Position numbers and translations under genes: made by a program
The notes under the pieces: generated by a model
Seen by the model: the letters and a program-made list of their open reading frames with translations, nothing else
Databases searched by the model: none
Told to the model about the DNA's origin: nothing
In this document: positions 26,948 through 35,960 of the stretch, in pieces
Numbering within the stretch: the first letter of the stretch is position 1
Layout of the letters: each line of letters opens with the position of its first letter
NCBI GenBank assembly: GCA_964538765.1
Contig: CAZIHS010000004.1
Span: 1-45,634 of the forward strand
Direction of reading: 5' to 3'
Length of the DNA stretch: 45,634 nucleotides
From: an uncultured Gammaproteobacteria bacterium
GTDB lineage: Bacteria; Patescibacteriota; Microgenomatia; UBA12405

Positions 26948-28159
26948 TTACCTAAGTCGGGCCCATCTCCAGGTCATCAAAAAACACGCCGACAATTCCG
27001 TTAAAACAGTCGATATTGCCGCTCCTCTTATTCCCAGCCTTGGTATCAGTCCAATATTAAATCCCAAATTTAATCCCAGCGACACCAAACCTATCAGCAG
27101 CACTTCTTTCTGTCTGCCTGCCGATATCAATCCAAATCCGCTCAAATGCCCCATAAATGAAAAAACTAGCGCAACCAAAAGTATCCTAAGCACTTCAATA
27201 GCCGGAGCAAACTCTTTTCCTCCCAGCACCATAATCCCAAAGGGTGCCAAAACATACGCCAGCGGAACCATCAGCCCCAATCCGGCCACCAGCCATTTTA
27301 TTGCCCCTCCAAACACTTTTTTCTGATTCTCTTTTATCGCCAGTAGGGGAAACACACTGCTGACAAAATAATATGCCGGCTGAACCATCACCAAATATAT
27401 TTTATAAGCCAATCCATACCAGGCCACCTCTCTAATCCCCAGGTATCTTTCTATCATCATCGAGTCAACTGCCCGGTCATAACCGGCAAATATTAAAAGA
27501 TAAAAACCCATCGGCCAAATCATCTTCAGCACCTTTGATATTCCCGCCAAAGACACGTTTTGCCAGCCAAATTTTGGTGCCGTTTTCCTTGCCCACCATC
27601 CTTCCAGCAATAACGTTAAAAGCCGTGTTCCCAAAAGCCACCCCACCACCAACAGCAAATTAAGATTATCCTGCCACCACCATATTCCTAAAAGATTCAA
27701 CACTGAAAACAAAATTTCACTCGTCACCTTTATCTTCAATTTCATTGACCATTGCCACACTATTTCCATGCTTCCAACAATCCCCGACAAGCCCACCATT
27801 AACACCGCCACACATGCCTCAAATCTAAATCCCTCAAATCCCGGCCACCACCAGCCCAAAATCAACCCTATCATTATCGCCACCCCCGCCATTACCATCC
27901 TCAAAATAACCAAATTACCATAAACATCCCTTCTTTCTTCCCCAGTTTTAGCCACCGAAAGCTCTCTCACTCCAATCACCTTCGATCCAAAGTCAGCCAC
28001 CGAGTCCAGCACCACCCCCACCGCTCCAATCAACACCATCCCACCATAAGCCTCAACTCCCAGCCCTCTAGTTAAAAGTTTCATCATTATCACCCCCGTC
28101 ACCACCCCCACCGCTTTCGCCGTCAATCTCAACATCGTGTTAACCAAAGGTTTTTTCAT
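26948..28159 (-). CDS. Polysaccharide flippase (Wzx/MOP superfamily)
   Basis: About 12 TMs; LGVEAYG, DFG...GVRELS, YDRAVDSMMI...VAWYGLAYKI, LIPRLGIRGAA. Confidence 0.88.
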   Translation of the reverse strand: MKKPLVNTMLRLTAKAVGVVTGVIMMKLLTRGLGVEAYGGMVLIGAVGVVLDSVADFGSKVIGVRELSVAKTGEERRDVYGNLVILRMVMAGVAIMIGLILGWWWPGFEGFRFEACVAVLMVGLSGIVGSMEIVWQWSMKLKIKVTSEILFSVLNLLGIWWWQDNLNLLLVVGWLLGTRLLTLLLEGWWARKTAPKFGWQNVSLAGISKVLKMIWPMGFYLLIFAGYDRAVDSMMIERYLGIREVAWYGLAYKIYLVMVQPAYYFVSSVFPLLAIKENQKKVFGGAIKWLVAGLGLMVPLAYVLAPFGIMVLGGKEFAPAIEVLRILLVALVFSFMGHLSGFGLISAGRQKEVLLIGLVSLGLNLGFNIGLIPRLGIRGAAISTVLTELSACFLMTWRWARLR

Positions 28160-29324
28160 TCTTATTTTTCAATATCGATCTGGCCACCAGCAACACGATA
28201 AGCCAGCTATTTTGATTTAACGTCAACCAATAATGATCTGTCATTCCGGTTAAAACCAATCCGGCCACAACCCACCATTCCCATTTAATTTTTGACACCA
28301 GATAACCCGCTGCCGCCAATCCCGCCACTCCTGTTTCCGCCAAAAACAGCATCAGCGCATTATGAACCGGCTGCCACCAACCCTTGCTAATCACCCCATA
28401 TTGTTGCATTTTCACAATAAAATTATTTAAGCCAACCCCGAAAATAGGGGAGTCTGAAACCATCTTCAAAGCCACCCATAACAATTCTATCCTTTTACTC
28501 CCGCTCGCCAGATCCCACCCCCCAATTCTGCCTGTTAGCAGTAAGCCACCGACCAGCACCATCACCAGCCAAACCAACCCCACCATACTTTGTTTTTTTC
28601 TCATCAAATCCCAAAATATCATTATCACCATTGCCAGCCAGGCTGTCCGGCTAAAAGTTAACCCCAAAATCAGCAATCCGGCCAAGGTCCCAAACCACCA
28701 CCATCCCTGGTTTGTCCTCCACTCCCTCCACCACCACCAAACAAGCAACACAAATCCTGCCAAACTGTTAGGATGAGAAAACGTTCCATAACCTCTCAAA
28801 TACACTTCATCACCCACATTTATTCTGGCCACTCCCACTGATTCCAGCTCCATTCTCCTTTCTCCCAGCCAATACCACCCCCCGCCAACACTTTTCCCGG
28901 CCACTATCTGCATCCACACCAAACAAAGTTCTGTCAAAAACCAGCCAAAAATTATTAAAGGCATTTTCTTATACCACCATTTTTCCCTAATCAAATAAAC
29001 CCCAACTCCGATTTTAATCACCCATTTCAAAAGAGCCACCTCGGCAATCCTCCATTCTTCCGCCATCACCACATTAATCATCATTAAACCCACCACTAAG
29101 CAAATCACCGCCCGGTTTTTTCCTATCTCTTTTCTCCATTTCCAAAACCCAACCGCCCCTATCAGTCCTGCCAGCAAGTCTGTCAAATAGATAGTTGGCG
29201 CCAAATAATCCACCCTCACCCCGCCTGCCAAGCTCCATTCCGGCCAAAAATGTTTCCCCAGTTGCGTCGGTACCAGCATCAAAAAACAAATCACCAACGT
29301 CCTTTCACAAAAACCCCAGCTCAA
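28140..29324 (-). CDS. O-antigen ligase/polymerase family (Wzy_C) protein
   Basis: RGYGTFSHPNSLAG, LTFSRTAW, PIFGVGLNNF, PVHN. Confidence 0.88.
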   Translation of the reverse strand: MSWGFCERTLVICFLMLVPTQLGKHFWPEWSLAGGVRVDYLAPTIYLTDLLAGLIGAVGFWKWRKEIGKNRAVICLVVGLMMINVVMAEEWRIAEVALLKWVIKIGVGVYLIREKWWYKKMPLIIFGWFLTELCLVWMQIVAGKSVGGGWYWLGERRMELESVGVARINVGDEVYLRGYGTFSHPNSLAGFVLLVWWWWREWRTNQGWWWFGTLAGLLILGLTFSRTAWLAMVIMIFWDLMRKKQSMVGLVWLVMVLVGGLLLTGRIGGWDLASGSKRIELLWVALKMVSDSPIFGVGLNNFIVKMQQYGVISKGWWQPVHNALMLFLAETGVAGLAAAGYLVSKIKWEWWVVAGLVLTGMTDHYWLTLNQNSWLIVLLVARSILKNKNEKTFG

Positions 29325-29338
29325 AATTATATTAATTT

Positions 29339-29809
29339 TTAACTATTCTTTCTAATCACCACCCTTCTTTCTTCTTCTTCGCCCCTCGACTCGCTCTCAA
29401 CTCCTTCCTTCTCCTGTATCACCAGATGAACTATTCTTCTTTCATAGGCACTCATTGGCATCATTTCCACTTCCTCTCCTGTTTCCAACACTTTTTCAGC
29501 CGCTCTCTCGGCCATTTCTTCCAACTTTTTTCTTTGTTCAACCCGGTATTCATTGATGTCCACCACCACTTTCACCCATTCGCCCAACTCCGCCTTTACT
29601 ATTAATCCCAGCACCGATTGAATTGCCGCCAAATTTCTTCCTCTAAATCCAATCAAAGCGCCAGGGTTTTCAACTTGTATACCCACCAAAACCTGGTTTT
29701 CTTCTCCTTCCGCATCCTCAGCAAAGGCCTTCTCCACCACCACATTCATCTTTTCCAGAAGACCACACATCAGCTCAAGTATTTTTTCGTTCCTGACTCG
29801 GTTATCCAT
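29339..29809 (-). CDS. jag: Jag/KhpB (EloR) RNA-binding protein, KH + R3H
   Basis: GALIGFRGRNLAAIQ KH motif; MSAYERRIVH R3H motif; next to yidC. Confidence 0.9.
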   Translation of the reverse strand: MDNRVRNEKILELMCGLLEKMNVVVEKAFAEDAEGEENQVLVGIQVENPGALIGFRGRNLAAIQSVLGLIVKAELGEWVKVVVDINEYRVEQRKKLEEMAERAAEKVLETGEEVEMMPMSAYERRIVHLVIQEKEGVESESRGEEEERRVVIRKNS

Positions 29810-29828
29810 AGTCGCTATTTTAGCACGT

Positions 29829-30614
29829 TTATTTTGCCTTTTTCCTGCTCACCACCATCTGTTGACCCACCATCAAAACACTATTCATAAACCAGTACAA
29901 AAGCATCCCGATAGAAAAATTCCAACCAATAAATACCGTCATCGCTGGCATCACATACAAAGACTGGGTCCTCATCGCCGCCATCATGTCGTCTCCTGCG
30001 CCCGGCGTTTCCTTAACATAAGCCGTATCATCCACCTTCGGGCTCTTGTCGGGCATCATCATTTTTGCACTCCAATACTGCAACCCTCCCGAACCCAAAA
30101 GCAAAATTATCGGCAGCCACATTTTTACCAACCCTTCTTTTGCCGCAATCGCCGCCGGCGTTGTCATTAAATTACTTCCCAAAAACATCACCTCAAATTT
30201 AAAATCAGCCGCCAGCCTCAACCCGGGGACCAAATATCTGTTTATTTCTTCAACCCCCATCTTTCCCGCCGCCACGTTGCTCACCAAACTAAAAGCCGAA
30301 AAAAATATGATCAAAATTCCAATCGTCAATAGCTGAGGCAAACACCCCGATAGGGGATTAACCCCCTCTTCCTTGTAAAGTTGCATTTGTGCTTTTGCCA
30401 GGCCCTCTTTATCCTTGCCAAATTTCTCCGTCAATTTCTTCAACTTCGGTTGCAGCTCTCTCATTTTATCCGCCGACTTTAAACTCGGCAACACCAGCGG
30501 CAAAGTCAGCAATTTCACTACCACCGTCACCAAAATCACCGCCATCCCCAAACTTCCTGTTAACCCATAAGTACCAACCAATCCATTAATAAAAGGTGTC
30601 ATCAACCAATTCAT
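29829..30614 (-). CDS. yidC: Membrane protein insertase YidC/Oxa1
   Basis: LQPKLKKL...QMQLYKEEGVNPLSGCLP, LYWFMNS; conserved locus. Confidence 0.95.
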   Translation of the reverse strand: MNWLMTPFINGLVGTYGLTGSLGMAVILVTVVVKLLTLPLVLPSLKSADKMRELQPKLKKLTEKFGKDKEGLAKAQMQLYKEEGVNPLSGCLPQLLTIGILIIFFSAFSLVSNVAAGKMGVEEINRYLVPGLRLAADFKFEVMFLGSNLMTTPAAIAAKEGLVKMWLPIILLLGSGGLQYWSAKMMMPDKSPKVDDTAYVKETPGAGDDMMAAMRTQSLYVMPAMTVFIGWNFSIGMLLYWFMNSVLMVGQQMVVSRKKAK

Positions 30615-30620
30615 AATCTT

Positions 30621-30824
30621 TTATTCTACCAAATCAATCCCCCCGTCTTCGAAAGGATGGCATTTGCTCACTCTTTTAATTGCCATCCAGCCGCCCCTCA
30701 TCACCCCATACCTATTAATTGCCTCAAAAGAATACTCGCTACAGCTCGGTACAAACCTGCATCCATACCCCTTCGACAAATATTTTTTGTAAATAACCAA
30801 CATCCTTAAAATAATCTTTTTCAT
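30621..30824 (-). CDS. yidD: Membrane protein insertion efficiency factor YidD
   Basis: CRFVPSCSEYSFEAI...KCHPF...GID. Confidence 0.95.
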   Translation of the reverse strand: MKKIILRMLVIYKKYLSKGYGCRFVPSCSEYSFEAINRYGVMRGGWMAIKRVSKCHPFEDGGIDLVE

Positions 30825-31153
30825 TTAAATCTGTTAATCAATCCATCCAACTCTCTTTTAGCCTCTTCTGCCAAAATTTTCCCGGCCTCACTCTTTACCA
30901 CCACCAACACCCTGATCCCTTCTCTCAACCCCCCCAGCCTGTCTTTAATCACGTTAAAAACCATTCTTTTCATTCTGTTTCTAGCAACCGCCCTTTTGTC
31001 ATATTTTTTACCCACCGCCACTGCCACCTTTTTCTCTCTATCATTTTCAAACGTCCATTTCACCATAAACTTTTCACCCTTAATATAGCCTGCTTTATTC
31101 CACAACTCATCAACCTCAATCTTTTTTAAACCCCGGTTTATTTTTGGCAGCAC
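30821..31153 (-). CDS. rnpA: Ribonuclease P protein component
   Basis: MLPKINR, VGKKYDKRAVARNRMKR (RNR motif); position between rpmH and yidD. Confidence 0.92.
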   Translation of the reverse strand: MLPKINRGLKKIEVDELWNKAGYIKGEKFMVKWTFENDREKKVAVAVGKKYDKRAVARNRMKRMVFNVIKDRLGGLREGIRVLVVVKSEAGKILAEEAKRELDGLINRFK

Positions 31154-31163
31154 TTTTATAAGT

Positions 31164-31307
31164 TCAACTTGTCTTGACCGTCAGTCGTCTCCTGCCCTTT
31201 GCCCGTCTTCTTTTTAAAAGATTTCTCCCTGTCAACGTTTTCATCCTTTTCAAGAAACCATGAACCCGGCCTCTTTTTCTTTTTTTAGGCTGATATGTCA
31301 TTTTCAC
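31164..31307 (-). CDS. rpmH: 50S ribosomal protein L34 (below the ORF-track cutoff)
   Basis: Manual translation from GTG 31307: [47 protein letters not shown]; TGaTAGAAT 5 nt upstream. Confidence 0.96.
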   Translation of the reverse strand: MKMTYQPKKRKRGRVHGFLKRMKTLTGRNLLKRRRAKGRRRLTVKTS

Positions 31308-31379
31308 CACCTATTCTATCACGTTTATTTTCTTTTCATTTCACCTCCAGCCATCGCCCCTCTTTGATCTCTTTCCAAT

Positions 31380-31388
31380 TGTGGAAAA
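31380..31388 (-). promoter_or_regulatory. DnaA box in the rpmH-dnaA intergenic region
   Basis: TGTGGAAAA = TTTTCCACA, a perfect TTWTNCACA match; a one-mismatch box lies at 31398-31406. Confidence 0.65.
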
Positions 31389-31484
31389 CTCATTTATTAT
31401 TTCACAGATTCCAAAATTGGCCCCCTAATCTCGAAATCTAAAGATTGCCCATAAAAGGTTATTTTTTATATTCAACTCAATCTC

Positions 31485-32834
31485 ATGGACCCCGAAAGAC
31501 TTTGGAAAAATGTTATCGAAGAGTTAAAAATCTCTCTCCCTTCATCTGTTTTCCAAACTTTTGTCGCCAAAACTCAAATTCTTTCTATTGAGAACAACTC
31601 CGTTCTTGTTTCATGCCCCAGTTCCTACCTTGTCGAAATCAACACCAAACGCCACCACCACCTCTTTAAAGAAGCTCTGGATCGTCAAACCAAACAAAAC
31701 AACCAGCTCAAATTTATTTTCCAGCCCCTACCGGCTTCTTCCTCAAACTCTCTTAATTCAGCTCCACTTTTCTCTTTCCAGCAAAACCAGGCAACCCTTC
31801 AACAAAACTCTCAACTTCACCCTCATTACACCTTTGCCAACCTTGTCGTCGGCAACAGCAATCAGTTTGCTTATGCCGCCGCCCAAGGAATCATCAACAA
31901 TCCCGGTCTCAACTATAATCCATTTTTCATCTGGGGCGGAGTCGGCGTTGGTAAAACCCACCTAATGCAAGCCATTGGCCACCAGCTTCTTAAGAATTTT
32001 CCCCAATATAAAATTAAATATTTTCCTGCCGAAACTTTTGGCAACGAGCTGATCAGCGCTCTTAAAAACAAATCCATCGCTCAATTTAAAGACAAGTATC
32101 GACAGCTCGATTGCATCCTTGTTGACGACATCCAATTCATCGCCGGTAAAGAATATATTCAAGAAGAATTTTTTCACACATTCAACGCCCTTCACCTCTC
32201 CGGCAAACAAATAGTTCTCACCTCCGATCGCCGCCCAGATCAAATTAACGATTTAAAAGACCGTCTGGTTTCCCGTTTTTCCGGCGGACTCACTGTTGAC
32301 ATTCAACCACCAGACTACGAAATGCGTCTGGCTATCATCAAGCAATTATCCGACAAACAGGGGATTAGTCTCCATCACGATGCTCTCTCCTATCTTGCCC
32401 AAAACCTCACCACCAACATTCGGGACATTCACGGTCAACTTCAACAGCTCATTATGAAAGCACTTTCTCAAAGTCTAACCGAAATAACTCCTCAATTTCT
32501 CAACCAGCTTCACTCGTCAACACTTACTTTTTCCGCCGCTTCCTCCGATTCCAAAATCACTCCCCGTCACCTGATTTCCGTTTGTGCCAAATATTTCGAT
32601 GTTAAAACCAGTGACCTTTGCGGCCCCTCCCGCAAAAAAGAACTGGCCAGCGCCCGCCACTTCACCGCCTATCTTCTTCTAACCCAAACCAAACTCGCTC
32701 TCCAGGAAGTTGGTCGGCTTCTTGGAGGCCGTGATCACACCAGTATTATTCATGCCCGCGACAAAATCCAAAAGAGTCTTTCCACAAATCCCCACACCCA
32801 ACAAACCATCATTAATATCCAGAAAAATCTATGA
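31485..32834 (+). CDS. dnaA: Chromosomal replication initiator DnaA
   Basis: YTFANLVVGNSN, YNPFFIWGGVGVGKTHL, LVDDIQFI, QEEFFHTFN, RDHTSIIHA. Confidence 0.98.
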   Translation: MDPERLWKNVIEELKISLPSSVFQTFVAKTQILSIENNSVLVSCPSSYLVEINTKRHHHLFKEALDRQTKQNNQLKFIFQPLPASSSNSLNSAPLFSFQQNQATLQQNSQLHPHYTFANLVVGNSNQFAYAAAQGIINNPGLNYNPFFIWGGVGVGKTHLMQAIGHQLLKNFPQYKIKYFPAETFGNELISALKNKSIAQFKDKYRQLDCILVDDIQFIAGKEYIQEEFFHTFNALHLSGKQIVLTSDRRPDQINDLKDRLVSRFSGGLTVDIQPPDYEMRLAIIKQLSDKQGISLHHDALSYLAQNLTTNIRDIHGQLQQLIMKALSQSLTEITPQFLNQLHSSTLTFSAASSDSKITPRHLISVCAKYFDVKTSDLCGPSRKKELASARHFTAYLLLTQTKLALQEVGRLLGGRDHTSIIHARDKIQKSLSTNPHTQQTIINIQKNL

Positions 32835-33112
32835 TCCATCCCTCGTTGTCCCTTCCTCTTATTCACCACCAGTCATCGCTTTTTCCCCCGAATCTAACCC
32901 CAACCCCAGGCCACTTTATAAGCCACTACCACCCTGTCTCCTGGTTCCGTCACCACCTTTTCCCTTTTATCCACCTCTTCTCACCCTCTGTTTCCTGCCA
33001 ACTTTCCGTTTTTACAGTTCTTCATTTCACTTCTCCACCGATCCTAATACTCACTACTACTAATTTATTAAACATTCATTAATTACTAATTAATTATTTG
33101 TTATCATTACGA
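32835..33112. other. Candidate oriC (dnaA-dnaN intergenic)
   Basis: 278-bp gap; degenerate boxes TTATTCACC (32859), TTATCCACC (32967), TTCTCCACC (33031); then CTA-rich trio-like run 33044-33062 and an AT-rich tract up to dnaN. Confidence 0.5.
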
Positions 33113-34234
33113 ATGAAACTATCTCTCCTTCAGGAAAACTTAAATTTAGCTCTTTCTTCTGTTTCCCGCTTTACCACCATCAAATCTCAGCTTCCGATTT
33201 TAAGCCACATTCTTTTTTCCACCGATAACGGTCGTTTAAAACTTTCAGCAACCAATTTAGAAGTCGGCATAAACTATTGGCTCGGTGCTAAAATAGATGC
33301 TGAAGGAAGTATTACCGTCCCTGCCCGGGATATTACCGAGTTTGTTTCCTATCTACCCCCTGGCAAAATTGATCTCTTTCTAAATGATCAGAACCTTCTT
33401 TCCCTTTCCACTCCTTCTTCCCAGTCGACTTTTGCCTCCACCCCGCCCGCCGACTACCCCCAATTAGCTTCTCTAGACCCCGCCAGCGCCCTGTCGGCCG
33501 ACCTGCCTTCTCTCCAGTCAGCCATCAATCAAATTGCATTTTCTGCCGCCTCTGACGACACTCGTCCTGTGCTCACCGCTGTTCTCACCAGGTTTGATCA
33601 AAATAATCTCACCCTAGTTGCCACCGATGGTTTTCGTCTTTCCCACAAAACCATTGTTCTTTCAAAATCGGCCGAGCCTAAACCTGACAACCCCCAAACC
33701 TATCTTATCCCCGCGCGAAGTTTAAATGAAATTGCCAAAATTAACCAACCTTCGGCCTCTTTTAAGATTGGTCAAACACCCGATGGTCATCAGCTGGTTT
33801 TTGTCTTTGACGATCTTCAAATTATCTCTCGTCTCATCGAAGGGGACTATCCCGATTTTACGAGAATTATTCCGGAAAGTTTTGCCACCACCCTCACTCT
33901 TTCCAAGGCAGAGTTGGCAAAGGCAATAAAAATCGCCTCAGTTTTTGCCCGTCAGTCGGCCAACGTTGTCAAGTTTTCAGTTACCGAAAAATCACTTACG
34001 TTAACCGCCAACGCCCCTCAGGTGGGCCAAAACCATGTTTCCCTGCCTGCCAAAACAGAAGGCCCTCCTCTCGAAATCGCTTTTAATTATAAATTTGTCG
34101 CCGACTTTCTTTCTGTTTGTCCGGGGGATCAAATCACCCTCGATCTCAATCAGTCGCTCACTCCGGCCATGTTTAAAGACACCTCTCTTTCCGATTATTT
34201 TCACATTATCATGCCGGTCCGTCTTCAGGATTAA
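33113..34234 (+). CDS. dnaN: DNA polymerase III beta sliding clamp (start revised to ATG 33113)
   Basis: LSATNLE, VATDGFRLS, SRLIEGDYPDF, IAFNYKF, IIMPVR. Confidence 0.97.
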   Translation: MKLSLLQENLNLALSSVSRFTTIKSQLPILSHILFSTDNGRLKLSATNLEVGINYWLGAKIDAEGSITVPARDITEFVSYLPPGKIDLFLNDQNLLSLSTPSSQSTFASTPPADYPQLASLDPASALSADLPSLQSAINQIAFSAASDDTRPVLTAVLTRFDQNNLTLVATDGFRLSHKTIVLSKSAEPKPDNPQTYLIPARSLNEIAKINQPSASFKIGQTPDGHQLVFVFDDLQIISRLIEGDYPDFTRIIPESFATTLTLSKAELAKAIKIASVFARQSANVVKFSVTEKSLTLTANAPQVGQNHVSLPAKTEGPPLEIAFNYKFVADFLSVCPGDQITLDLNQSLTPAMFKDTSLSDYFHIIMPVRLQD

Positions 34235-34527
34235 AGCCTCTCTTTAATTTTATCCACATAAAGCGTAGATCCGGAAAACATACCTTCCACCTCCACCTTC
34301 TTAAGAAGATACTGGTCAAGATTAACTTTTTTACTGGTAATATTCACCATCTCTCCATTACTGCTCATCACAAACTCGTCTCCCGTTTTTGCCTTAATTT
34401 CGCCGCTAACCACCACCACTCCGCCGCTGTTTTTTCCTCCTCCTGTTGTTTCTTTCTCCACTTTTCCACATCCTCCCAGCCCAACACCCAACATCATTAA
34501 AATCAAAAAAGATACCGCTTTTTTCAT
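34231..34527 (-). CDS. Small lipoprotein
   Basis: Basic N-terminus, hydrophobic core, lipobox LGGC. Confidence 0.75.
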   Translation of the reverse strand: MKKAVSFLILMMLGVGLGGCGKVEKETTGGGKNSGGVVVVSGEIKAKTGDEFVMSSNGEMVNITSKKVNLDQYLLKKVEVEGMFSGSTLYVDKIKERL

Positions 34528-34529
34528 AT

Positions 34530-34943
34530 TTATTGATTAAACACCAGATTAATTTTTTCTGGGTCAATATCATTCATTGTCAACCAGCCCTTCACCTCTT
34601 TTTCCACAATTTTTTTATCCAAACCCCTCAATCTCACGCTCAGTGTCAATGGTGCCACATATCTTTCGATCACAAAACCCTTACCGGGGTGGGGAAGTAG
34701 TTGCCAGCCGGGATATTGGTCTTCCCCTATCTTTTCTTCAGGTTCTGGCGGCGGTGAAACATTGTCCCAGTCGACCTCTCCCTCCCGGGTATTTGTTGGA
34801 GTTGCAATTTGCCGATCAATATTTGTCGGTATTATCGTTTTATCGTTTCCACTATCAATGGTCTGTCTGTTGTTTCCAAATTTAATCAATCCCATCACCA
34901 CCACTATCAAACTAAGTAAAATTACCATGCTGTATCTTTTCAT
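34530..34943 (-). CDS. Hypothetical N-terminally anchored protein
   Basis: ORF in operon, N-terminal TM. Confidence 0.7.
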   Translation of the reverse strand: MKRYSMVILLSLIVVVMGLIKFGNNRQTIDSGNDKTIIPTNIDRQIATPTNTREGEVDWDNVSPPPEPEEKIGEDQYPGWQLLPHPGKGFVIERYVAPLTLSVRLRGLDKKIVEKEVKGWLTMNDIDPEKINLVFNQ

Positions 34944-35941
34944 CTTTCGACTCCTAATGTTACCGCTACTGGTCCTGAAATGTTAATTCCATTCCCTTCG
35001 ATCCAGTAGTATGGTATCAATCTATTTTCATTCTCGTTCCAATAGAATCCGTTGTGTATATAAGTTGCCCTCACCACTTCCATTTCCTTTTCCCGATATT
35101 CCAAATCTGCACTCGGCCCTCCCCACACCCTAAATATTCTTGCCTTTTCATTGGCATAAGCCCCAAATTTAGTGCCGTTAAATTTATTTTCCTGCGCTTT
35201 TCTACTTATTTGTTTCCCCATTATCCTCATTTTAAAATTTAATATTTTTCCATCCATTCTCACCACCGCTTTCACCATTTCCTCGTTGGCCGACATCACT
35301 TTTTTACCCTCAATTTCTAAATTAGCCATCACCTCTACTGCCGCCGCCTCTTTTTCGGTGCACCCGACCCATCGGGGGTATACCAGCTTTTTAAAATTTA
35401 CGCCCTCAACCTCAAACCTTTCCCCTTCGTTTACCATTCTAATTTTTTCTGCCATCATTACCACTTTTTTAAGTATTTCTTCGGTTTTAAGTTTTTTCTC
35501 TGCCACAAGCTGTTCGCTTCGCTCAATATTTTCCCCTGCCTCCAAAACCCCATCTTTTGTTTTCCATTCAAAGTAGGCCTTTCTCTCCGTGTCGGCAATC
35601 TTAATCTGCCCGTCAATCTCTTGCCTGCTTGGCCAGTCAAAACCCATAGTCTCGGCCACTTCCTTTAACGTTTCATCTTTTATTTGCGCCGGCTCCAACA
35701 CCACCGATTCGCTTTTATCCTTATTGTCAACATCCTCTGTTTCCCAGACAATGGTTTTTGGTCGGTCAAGTTTTTTAATGGCGTCTGCTTTTTGGACCGT
35801 CACGTTGTCTTCTATGTTTATCTCCCCAAACCCCCTTCCGTTATCACTTTTCTTGACGTTTTTTTGACCAATGACCAAAAAAACCACCAGCACTGCTCCC
35901 GCCGCCACCATTCCCGCTCTTTCAAACTTCCTGATATCCAT
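34940..35941 (-). CDS. Hypothetical N-terminally anchored protein
   Basis: ORF with N-terminal TM; TGcTAGACT 6 nt upstream of the ATG. Confidence 0.75.
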   Translation of the reverse strand: MDIRKFERAGMVAAGAVLVVFLVIGQKNVKKSDNGRGFGEINIEDNVTVQKADAIKKLDRPKTIVWETEDVDNKDKSESVVLEPAQIKDETLKEVAETMGFDWPSRQEIDGQIKIADTERKAYFEWKTKDGVLEAGENIERSEQLVAEKKLKTEEILKKVVMMAEKIRMVNEGERFEVEGVNFKKLVYPRWVGCTEKEAAAVEVMANLEIEGKKVMSANEEMVKAVVRMDGKILNFKMRIMGKQISRKAQENKFNGTKFGAYANEKARIFRVWGGPSADLEYREKEMEVVRATYIHNGFYWNENENRLIPYYWIEGNGINISGPVAVTLGVER

Positions 35942-35960
35942 TATTCAAGTCTAGCAAAAG

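Noticed and set aside
30821-31307. TGA-to-Gly recoding (code 25)
   Set aside because: rnpA and rpmH end at TGA at family-typical lengths, and long ORFs are intact under code 11.
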